A stretch of 37,419 bases of DNA from a virus (Duplodnaviria > Caudoviricetes): positions 1 through 37,419 of IMG/VR virus record IMGVR_UViG_3300015370_000006. One strand, 5' to 3'. Below the pieces are notes generated by a model that had not been told where the DNA came from, searched no databases, and was given only the letters and a program-made list of their open reading frames with translations. This document shows, piece by piece, positions 1-7,874 of this stretch (the first letter of the stretch is position 1; every line of letters begins with the position of its first letter). The translations under genes and the position numbers were made by a program.

Positions 1-123
1 ACGCCGGCGGCATTACAATGCGCAAGCTAGGCGATGAATACGGGATGAGTGAAAGCCTAGTAAGTAAGATAATTAAAGGCACTAGATAAAGTGTCAAAGC
101 ATTGACAAAATAATAGGTTCGTG
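1..123. repeat. Terminal direct repeat, left copy (circular overlap)
   Basis: 1-123 is identical to 37297-37419 and begins inside the last HTH gene. Confidence 0.97.
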
Positions 124-221
124 TAAAAATACCAATAATACGCGTAAACCCTTAAATAAGAGTTCGCGATACAATCATGCGAAATGATGTATGTATCAAC
201 GATCTGAAACAGGGTTAAAAT

Positions 222-252
222 AAAAGACCTCCTAAGCATGAGAGGTTTTTTT
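222..252. terminator. Probable bidirectional intrinsic terminator
   Basis: A-rich run, GACCTC...GAGGTT stem, then a T run. Confidence 0.55.
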
Positions 253-523
253 GTTTGAGAGCTAACTACCCAATGGCTCTGAAAGGAAACACAAGGGAAA
301 GCCTCGCCCCTAATGGATGATTGAACAATAGCACTCTTAGAATCCCTTGATACTGGGTAAGAGCCGTCAACACTTGCGATAGTTCCACCGCTTGGCGGTT
401 GACGTTTACGTTCGCCTTTCTTTGGATGTTTACCCGTAGGACTGATTAGGTATCCACAAGAACCCCTTATATATGGCACACTATGCCTGCCATTAAAGCT
501 GGGTCTGCTCTAGCCTCGGCAAT

Positions 524-617
524 AAAAAAAACTCATAAGAATTAACCTACTTGCTCCAACCAATAGATAAGGTTGCGCGGATTGATTACCGCGTAGCAGG
601 TAAACTCTTATGAGTTC
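524..617 (-). ncRNA. Structured RNA: closing stem, two hairpins and U-tail (c4/CI-like architecture)
   Basis: Minus strand: GAACTCATAAGAGTT..ACCTGCT pairs with AGTAGGT..AATTCTTATGAGTTT; inner hairpins CGCGG/CCGCG and CAACC/GGTTG; G-U pairs work on this strand; upstream TGcTAATAT at 653-645. Confidence 0.6.
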
Positions 618-663
618 ATAATCTATTCTTTTGAGCATACATACATATTAGCACATCCTACGC

Positions 664-693
664 TTGACACAATAGTCTAACTGTGGATATAAT
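664..693 (+). promoter_or_regulatory. Sigma70-type promoter
   Basis: TTGACA-18bp-TATAAT, 7 nt before ATG 701. Confidence 0.75.
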
Positions 694-700
694 TAGGCAT

Positions 701-838
701 ATGGAAAACTTAGTTTATATATTCGCTTATATCCTCGCATTTTTATGCGTAACCGTCCCGATCTTCGCCGCGCTTTTGTTCTGGTACATCCTCGGCGCGA
801 ACATTTACCGTTGCTATATTAAAAAAGACGCTGTGTAG
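701..838 (+). CDS. 45-aa small membrane protein (not in ORF track)
   Basis: MENLVYIFAYILAFLCVTVPIFAALLFWYILGANIYRCYIKKDAV; has its own promoter and terminator. Confidence 0.7.
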   Translation: MENLVYIFAYILAFLCVTVPIFAALLFWYILGANIYRCYIKKDAV

Positions 839-852
839 CGTCCTTTTTTTTT
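821..852. terminator. Bidirectional intrinsic terminator
   Basis: AAAAAA-GACGCT-GTGT-AGCGTC-C-T run between convergent genes. Confidence 0.8.
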
Positions 853-3800
853 ATTTAAGCCATTGTATTTGGTCTAGCCTTTCAAGGTCTTTTACTACGG
901 CCTCATTTTTTAACGCCCCGGATTTCTTGATTTTTTCTACTTTATCTTGGGCTTCTTTGTCCCCGGCCTTTGCCTTATCTATGGTCGCTGATATTTCATA
1001 AGCGGCGTCACGCGCCAATTTCTCGGCTTTAATATCGCTGTAAATATCATCAAACATTGATTGCACCATGTCCGATTGTTCATCTATTGGCAAAGCATTA
1101 AAGGATTTTTTGCGCATTAGTTTTTTTAGAACCGTCAATTGGATTTCGCCAATCTCACCTTGAATATCTTTGCGCTGTTTTGATGTTAGTTCTAATTTCA
1201 TCCCATAAAGAGTTGTATTCTCGCTAAGTTGTGTCGGCGCAACCGGCACACCCTCATCATAAAATTCTACTAATTTTTGGGTAGTTTCTTTTTTATCAAT
1301 TGGCTTAGTGTTTATTGGTAGTAGTAGCTTATCAATTGCCCGGATATAAAATGGCCTTTCATCTTTAACGAGTTGGCCAAATCTATCAACGGCGGCCTCT
1401 GCCTTTGTTGAGGCAAAAGGGATTTTGCGCAAGAACCCATCTTTTAATGTTTTATAATCTCTTTTTGTTGGGTCAACAACTTGCGCCATGCGGCCAAAAA
1501 ACGTCGGCACGATACTTGTAGCAAGCTGTTTGGCATATCTATCAAGCGATCTGTCCGGGTCTTTCACGGCTTCAAGCGCGCTATTTAATCCGCTAACAAA
1601 TGATTGATCGCTAAATGACTTCATGCCGGAAGCTAAGCCTGCCCTTGCTTGTTTATACGTTCCCACGCCCTCATCTTTTGCACGGTGTATATCTGCGCCA
1701 ACACCTAACAATGCGCCAAAAATACCAATCCTTGATAGCTCGTACCAACGATTGCCAACCTTAATAGCATTAGGCAAACGCCCCTCCTGCTCCCAAACTA
1801 GCCTCTCCTTAGAGTCTGACGGATATGCGCCCGTCATAAGCCCTGCGGCCGCTAAGACTCCGCCGGCGGCGATTATGCTTGTACCTGTGATTGCTCGCCC
1901 CATCCCCTGCACAAATTGACGTTGGTTTTTATTCTTAATCCCGTTAGCTACTGTGGTTAAAAACCCTGCCGGTGAATATTCCAAAATAGTTGTAGCTACA
2001 CCGGCCGGGGTTCTTGTAAATGGCATTGCTGTTTCCGCACCAATTTCAACCGCTTTACCAAGTGCGTTAAAACCTTGCTTGTCCTGCATACGTTTTGCCC
2101 CGCGCCTAAGCCCGGACGCTAAATCCCCTATTGGTGTTTCTCTGTTAAATGTTGCATACTCCGCGTCATTGATTGCGTTCTGCAACATTTCATCCGTTGG
2201 ATTGTCATATATTCTTTTAACTTCTGCCTTATAATCAAGCCCTTTTAGTTTAGAGTTCTTTGCTCCGGCTTTGGCTTGATCGAAAAGTGAACGCTGTAAT
2301 GCGGCCTCTCTAAATACTTTATCCTCCGCGCCAAGTGTACGGTAAATGGTATCCGTATATTTTTGTGCAACTTTACCCATTGGGCTATCACCAAAATTTA
2401 CTTGCTTACGAATGTCATATTTTTTTAATTCCTCCAAAGTGATACCATTTTTTAGATAGTCTTTTGCGTGTCCAACTCCTTTACGCGCTCCTTTTAATGT
2501 CCCCTCTAGGTTAAATGACAACGTACGCTTGCCTGTGAATTTAGAAATAAGCGTGTCGAGTGCGCTCGCTGGCACATCCTTTACCATTTCTAAATTAGCC
2601 ATGCCAACATTACCAATAATATTGGCCATGTGGGTTGTAGGTGAAGTCAACAATCCAGCTTTCCAAATAGTAACCATCTTTTCTGTGAGTGTTGATTTTT
2701 GTAGCTTGGCAATTTCCATGAGTAAATCGAGCTGATTTTTTTCGTCGAGTGCCTTAGTTATAAGCTCAATTTCTGCTGGGCGTAGATCTCTACCCGCTAC
2801 ATCCTGCGCTTTCTTTAACCAAAACGCCGGGTCAAGTGTATCTTGTGCCATGAGTTTATACGCTTGGATTGCTCGGCCGGCTTCTGTTCCGCCTAACGTT
2901 ACCTTTTTAAGCATGGTACTTATCCTACCCTCGGCGGCCGCTACTGTTTCTAAATGCTTTGCTTTGTTGGCAATATCTGTTTGCGCTTTCTTTGTAAATT
3001 CAATAACCGTATTCGTTTCTTGTTTGATCTGGCTTCTTAATGCCAAAACTTCTGCGTCTGTAATACGATTTTTGTTTGCGCCTCTTAATAACTCGGCCGG
3101 ATCTAGGCCTAGCTCCTTTGCCATTTCCTTGACCTCATCATTTTTACGCACACTACGCGACATTAGGCCGGCTTTCTCTCGCTCTTTTTCAATGATTGCT
3201 AGTCGGTCTGCGTCCTTTGTTATCTTGTCCCCTCTAAATGTCTGTTTGACCTCCCCCTCCTTGACAGATAGAACAGATTGTGGTATGGTATCATTGTACG
3301 AGGGATTAACCTCACTAACATTTTTTCCTATGTCTGACTTAATTGTTTTCACGCCGGACTCTCCCGGTGCTACGCCGGTTTTTGTTGAGGTGTCTGATGA
3401 AGATATACGTTTTTCTGGCGCGCCCAACTCTGAAATGCCCCCCCTTTCGGATATTATGTCCTTTGGCCAAGTAGTTTCTGACGAGGAATTTTCTAAACGC
3501 TTAGCGGCGTCCGGTTTCAAAGACCCGCGCATATCTGCTACATCCAAGGCGTCTTGATAATATCTTCGGCTCGCTTCAACATCTTTCTTAAAAGCTGTTA
3601 TCTCTTTTTGGCTTATGCCTAGTTCTTTTGCTGACCCAAAACCGCCATTTTTCTTAAATGGTTTTTTGCCGGCCTGTTCTAGCTTCTCCAATAAAGACCT
3701 TTGATTTTCGTATAGCTCATGGCCAATGCCGGGTTTTAATCCGGCTTTTTCTAATTCATCCCAAGTCTTTTGGCCTATGACTGCTACTGCGTCGTCTTTC

Positions 3801-6800
3801 TTTTCTTTAACAAAAATCATTTCCGGGATATTTACTTGCATTTCTGCAATATGCCCGGTCTTTTTATCTATGAATTGTGTATTTATTCCGCGATAACCAA
3901 ACTCTGTCGGCGTCTCAAAATAATTCTTTTCGGGATTGTATTTAACTCCGGCCTCATTTTTAAGCAATGTCGGGATAGAGTCAATATCTGATAGCTTAGG
4001 CACAACAACCGTATTACGGGCAAGATCTTTAACACCTTTAACATCCTTAGCTTGTAAGGCTTTTTCAACGGCGCGTCCGGGGTCAAACTTTCCGCTATTG
4101 GGCTTAAATCCTTTAATTGGTGCGGTTTTTACTTTCGCCCCCGGTATTCTGTCCGCTACATTTTGCGCGGCCTTATCAACTTTGGGCTTTACTTCTTCCG
4201 CTACTCTGTAATGTTCCAGCATGTCATCCGTGAATTTTTGAGGGTCTATATCTCCATATAGTTTTTTATCTGCGGCGATCTGGCTTTCAATGGACGCTTG
4301 TAATTCTTTCTTATACAACTCCGGGTTCTTTGCAATGGTCATTTTTCTGACGTCTAGTGTCTGTTTATTCACTCCACGCAAAACAGAAATTGAGTCATCA
4401 CCGTTAGCAAGCGTTTGCGCAATTCTGTTATATCCATCTAGCACCTCGCCTTTTGAGGTAATAATGGGATTCATAGCAAACGCCTCGCCCTCGAATTCCC
4501 TTATCTCGCCGGATTTCAAATAAGCGTCTAAATCCGGGTCTGATTTTCTTAAATCATCAATCTTTACAGTTTCAATATTATAATCTTCCGCTTGTATTTG
4601 TTTCGCTAAATAATCATCTATACCCCCTTGATCGCTCCCTAAATCGCGGGCTTCTTTTTCAATTTGTTTTCCCGTGAAGTCTGCGCCGCTTTTTTGGCTA
4701 CTTGATTTTTGATATTTTGCTATAAATTCCTCCTCCATTTTAGCTTGCTCTGCGTTGATAGATTTTTGTTTAGCAACTAATCCCGGTTTCTCTTTGGCTT
4801 TGGCTGTTTTAATTTTATTATCCAAGTCCATTGACTGGCTTTCTAAAACGCCGTAACGCTCGGCATAATTATCCGCCCAATCACTCTCTGGTGATATTTT
4901 GCCTTTACTTGATAACGCCTCCTTTATTGTCTTTGGTTTTTCTTCAAGGGCTAATAATTTTTTAACAATATCAACCGGCTTATCTTTAGTAACTCGCACG
5001 CTTTTCAATACTTCATCTACCGCCTTGCCATCTTTTTTTAGTATCTCAAGTGCCTCGCGATATTCTTTGATACGCTTTTTTGACTCAACGCCGGATAGCG
5101 CATTAGTAAGTCTATTTTCAACCCTCTTATATCTATTTGCTACCGGGTTTTGCACAAACTTTTCTTGTACGTTTCCGAATAAATCAACCGTTGCTAGTCG
5201 CGCTTCCTCTGCATTTTTTGCCTTTGTTATTCTTTCAACCGCGTTTTGAGTAGCTTTTAATGACTGATCTGTTTCGGCCGCCGCAATTTTACCTATTCGA
5301 TCTGCTAATAAATCTTTGGCCGCTTTATCTTTCATCAATCCGGGATTAGCTTTTATAGCCTCGTTAAATTTTTCTAACGTGGATAGTTTGCGTTGTATAA
5401 AACCCTCTTGTACTGATTTGTATTTTGATAATTTCGGCAAAACATTATCCCACAATGCCGGGTCAAACTGATTAAACAAATCATTGATTGCTAAAATCTG
5501 CTTTGTTCTCTGTGGGTCTGCAACGATTGACATTATTTCCTTTTCATTTAGTACGCCCTGTCGTAAAAGTTCAACTATATTATGATCGTACGTTGTAACC
5601 TTACCTTTGATATTTGATTTTATAGAGTCTTTCGTTGCGGCTTTTAAGCTGTTGTATTCTGTAACATTAAAAAACTTGGGGTCTAAATCCTTAATGCCTG
5701 CCTGTTTTAACATCTCTAAACGGTTGTGGCCGCTAATAAGTATCGTGTCGCCGGCCTTAATTCCTTTTTCTGGTATGTCTTTTGTAAATTTGCCAAGTTG
5801 TATAGGATCTTTTTCGAGTAGCTTGGGGTTAAAACCATCCGCCAAATATTCTGTTACGCGCTTCGGTTCTGCTCCGCCTTTGTTGAGTAGCCCCCCGGAT
5901 AGTTCACCGGCACGGCTCATCTGAAATAAATCCGGGCGGGTTTTTACGTCGGATACTTTAGATATAACTTGCTTTGATTTTTTTATTTGGGTTGACGTTT
6001 TGAGATTTTTTGTATCAAAAATAACTGTATCTCGTCCTACCCTAACACCTCCAAAACCTTTGTCTTCCCAATATTTCCTCATAGCTACCGGGTCATTGAA
6101 TAGCTCCGGGTTTTCTTTATTTATGAGATTGTACCAATCATCATATCTATCAAAGTCTTTGATCTTTACGTTTTTATTAACATGCCCCTCTATAACATCT
6201 TTTTTATCCCAACTCTTTGCGTACATTTTTGCGTCGTCAACGCTATCTGCAAAATAAATTCCCTCTCCTAATAAATGTTTATTACTGCCAACTCCAACAT
6301 TTCTATAACTTTGTTCTCCTAACTTAAAACCCTCTTGCTCAATAACTGACGCCGCGTCTGAACCATGATACAAGCGTTTAGGTTTGGCCACATCTGTGAT
6401 AGCCCCCTGTCCCCTCTTTGCTTCGGTCATCTTAAAAGCCTCGCCGGCTTGATAATCTGCTGATGATACAGGGTTATGCGGTTTTGTTAGAGCTTCACGG
6501 TCAACGCCAAACTGCATACCGCCTTGCTCCGGCGCGGGCGCGGTATTAACTTTGTTGCCAAAAATATCCGCTTGGCTTGGGGCTTCGCCAATCTTTGCTT
6601 TTGCGTTATCAACTGAACGCTGAACGCTCGCTAGTCTTCCCTCCGATAACGGCTTGCCTAGTGAGTCTTTTTTTCTTGATAATATCCCCTCCCCCTCTGC
6701 AATACTGTTGCGTATTTCTTGTACCGCGTGAGGGTCTGTGATTATTTTAGTTGATTGTTCTGTGGTATTTTTACCCATCTTTTCCATCTGCTCTTTATAA

Positions 6801-7867
6801 AATTGTTGTGCCGTTTCCTCACTCAACTTAACGTCTTTTTTGAGGGTAACTTGATAAATATTGTTGCCGGCTTCTTGTACGTTATCAATGAAATTCTGTT
6901 GCTTCAACCAGCTTGAATATCCCGGATTAGAGCGTTCCGGTTTTATAAAAATTGTGCGTCCTTTCCCTTTCCATAAATCCTCGACCGGTTCAACAATCTT
7001 AAATGTATCCCCTATTTGGTCTTTCAAAATACGTTCCGCACCATCTTGGATAAAACGCTCGCCAACTTCTTTGCCGTATTTCTCCGCTAACTCCTTACCC
7101 ATTTTTTCTAGGGCTTCTTTGCCTAGCTTTTCGGCCGCACCACCAACGCCAAAGTCAAGATCCATTGCTTTCATTCCACCAAAAGCAAAAGCGGCCGGAA
7201 GTGCTACCGGCAATTTTTGCATGGTTGGCAAAAACCCTTTTTGTTCTGCAAGCTCTGGGTTCGCAAATTCAATAGCTTTATTTGTATAATCTCTATTAAA
7301 ATCTCCGGCCTCTTTACTCATTGATTTGACTTCTTCATCACCAAATAAAAACCGTGAAAAATTACCTTTAGGCTGAAATGATTTACCTTGCTGTCCTGCC
7401 GCGTCCATCCCTAAGCCCATTGCCGTGCGTGTCGCGGCTTGCCCTACATCCTTTAATAACCCTCCCTTAAAAAGATAATCCCCAAACCGTGATTGATTTG
7501 TCATCCCTAAACCTCCGGGCGAATACTCATTAAATCGCTGTTGTTTCTCTACGCCCTCGCTAATAACATTTTTAGCTGTTGTAACTTCACTTGTTTTAAC
7601 CGGGTTAGGCGTTACCTTGATTTCCTCACCGCGCTTGATCGCTTCTACTGTGTCGCGTCTTGGATATGATTTGACCTCTGTAACATTCGACAATCCCACA
7701 CCAACGCCAAACTCCATAGCCCCCGCGCGCTTCTTTGCCTCGGCCTCTTTAATCCTTTTGCTGTTATCGTATAAATCTATCCCAAATCCCGCTAAGGGAT
7801 TAAAAGATTTTACGGTTGATTTTGCCGCGTTTACAACCGTACCTTTCAATGAGTCCCAAAAAGCCAT
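851..7867 (-). CDS. Large polyvalent (probable ejection/internal virion) protein: ART-like, 2x ParB-like, RelA/SpoT-like nucleotidyltransferase, C-terminal LPD38-like
   Basis: LYHGS..GEGIYFA..DTVIFD (ART); LISGHNRL and VLDGYNRI (ParB/Srx); KDLAR..GYRGIN..AEMQV..GHELYE (RelA/SpoT); last gene of the virion module. Confidence 0.85.
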   Translation of the reverse strand: MAFWDSLKGTVVNAAKSTVKSFNPLAGFGIDLYDNSKRIKEAEAKKRAGAMEFGVGVGLSNVTEVKSYPRRDTVEAIKRGEEIKVTPNPVKTSEVTTAKNVISEGVEKQQRFNEYSPGGLGMTNQSRFGDYLFKGGLLKDVGQAATRTAMGLGMDAAGQQGKSFQPKGNFSRFLFGDEEVKSMSKEAGDFNRDYTNKAIEFANPELAEQKGFLPTMQKLPVALPAAFAFGGMKAMDLDFGVGGAAEKLGKEALEKMGKELAEKYGKEVGERFIQDGAERILKDQIGDTFKIVEPVEDLWKGKGRTIFIKPERSNPGYSSWLKQQNFIDNVQEAGNNIYQVTLKKDVKLSEETAQQFYKEQMEKMGKNTTEQSTKIITDPHAVQEIRNSIAEGEGILSRKKDSLGKPLSEGRLASVQRSVDNAKAKIGEAPSQADIFGNKVNTAPAPEQGGMQFGVDREALTKPHNPVSSADYQAGEAFKMTEAKRGQGAITDVAKPKRLYHGSDAASVIEQEGFKLGEQSYRNVGVGSNKHLLGEGIYFADSVDDAKMYAKSWDKKDVIEGHVNKNVKIKDFDRYDDWYNLINKENPELFNDPVAMRKYWEDKGFGGVRVGRDTVIFDTKNLKTSTQIKKSKQVISKVSDVKTRPDLFQMSRAGELSGGLLNKGGAEPKRVTEYLADGFNPKLLEKDPIQLGKFTKDIPEKGIKAGDTILISGHNRLEMLKQAGIKDLDPKFFNVTEYNSLKAATKDSIKSNIKGKVTTYDHNIVELLRQGVLNEKEIMSIVADPQRTKQILAINDLFNQFDPALWDNVLPKLSKYKSVQEGFIQRKLSTLEKFNEAIKANPGLMKDKAAKDLLADRIGKIAAAETDQSLKATQNAVERITKAKNAEEARLATVDLFGNVQEKFVQNPVANRYKRVENRLTNALSGVESKKRIKEYREALEILKKDGKAVDEVLKSVRVTKDKPVDIVKKLLALEEKPKTIKEALSSKGKISPESDWADNYAERYGVLESQSMDLDNKIKTAKAKEKPGLVAKQKSINAEQAKMEEEFIAKYQKSSSQKSGADFTGKQIEKEARDLGSDQGGIDDYLAKQIQAEDYNIETVKIDDLRKSDPDLDAYLKSGEIREFEGEAFAMNPIITSKGEVLDGYNRIAQTLANGDDSISVLRGVNKQTLDVRKMTIAKNPELYKKELQASIESQIAADKKLYGDIDPQKFTDDMLEHYRVAEEVKPKVDKAAQNVADRIPGAKVKTAPIKGFKPNSGKFDPGRAVEKALQAKDVKGVKDLARNTVVVPKLSDIDSIPTLLKNEAGVKYNPEKNYFETPTEFGYRGINTQFIDKKTGHIAEMQVNIPEMIFVKEKKDDAVAVIGQKTWDELEKAGLKPGIGHELYENQRSLLEKLEQAGKKPFKKNGGFGSAKELGISQKEITAFKKDVEASRRYYQDALDVADMRGSLKPDAAKRLENSSSETTWPKDIISERGGISELGAPEKRISSSDTSTKTGVAPGESGVKTIKSDIGKNVSEVNPSYNDTIPQSVLSVKEGEVKQTFRGDKITKDADRLAIIEKEREKAGLMSRSVRKNDEVKEMAKELGLDPAELLRGANKNRITDAEVLALRSQIKQETNTVIEFTKKAQTDIANKAKHLETVAAAEGRISTMLKKVTLGGTEAGRAIQAYKLMAQDTLDPAFWLKKAQDVAGRDLRPAEIELITKALDEKNQLDLLMEIAKLQKSTLTEKMVTIWKAGLLTSPTTHMANIIGNVGMANLEMVKDVPASALDTLISKFTGKRTLSFNLEGTLKGARKGVGHAKDYLKNGITLEELKKYDIRKQVNFGDSPMGKVAQKYTDTIYRTLGAEDKVFREAALQRSLFDQAKAGAKNSKLKGLDYKAEVKRIYDNPTDEMLQNAINDAEYATFNRETPIGDLASGLRRGAKRMQDKQGFNALGKAVEIGAETAMPFTRTPAGVATTILEYSPAGFLTTVANGIKNKNQRQFVQGMGRAITGTSIIAAGGVLAAAGLMTGAYPSDSKERLVWEQEGRLPNAIKVGNRWYELSRIGIFGALLGVGADIHRAKDEGVGTYKQARAGLASGMKSFSDQSFVSGLNSALEAVKDPDRSLDRYAKQLATSIVPTFFGRMAQVVDPTKRDYKTLKDGFLRKIPFASTKAEAAVDRFGQLVKDERPFYIRAIDKLLLPINTKPIDKKETTQKLVEFYDEGVPVAPTQLSENTTLYGMKLELTSKQRKDIQGEIGEIQLTVLKKLMRKKSFNALPIDEQSDMVQSMFDDIYSDIKAEKLARDAAYEISATIDKAKAGDKEAQDKVEKIKKSGALKNEAVVKDLERLDQIQWLK
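3261..3315 (+). promoter_or_regulatory. Antisense internal promoter and leader, homologous to the early promoter at 35513
   Basis: TTGACA-17bp-TATGGT with extended TG; shares TAGAACAGAT and a 19/21-identical leader with 35513-35567. Confidence 0.8.
3330..3557 (+). CDS. 75-aa acidic protein nested antisense in the giant gene; candidate antitoxin/immunity
   Basis: MSDLIVFTPDSPG...GQVVSDEEFSKRLAASGFKDPRISATSKAS; dedicated promoter; TCACTAA leader motif; 12 D/E residues, unlike the rest of the shadow frame. Confidence 0.7.
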   Translation: MSDLIVFTPDSPGATPVFVEVSDEDIRFSGAPNSEMPPLSDIMSFGQVVSDEEFSKRLAASGFKDPRISATSKAS

Positions 7868-7874
7868 ATATTTT

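Noticed and set aside
1-123. Terminal repeat as a biological DTR
   Set aside because: It starts mid-gene and has a k-mer-like length; more likely an assembly overlap of a circular or permuted genome
57-479. 140-aa minus-strand ORF
   Set aside because: Runs through hairpins and a terminator and into the HTH gene end; no protein-like motif
524-617. tRNA gene
   Set aside because: Only two inner arms, no TTC T-loop or anticodon geometry
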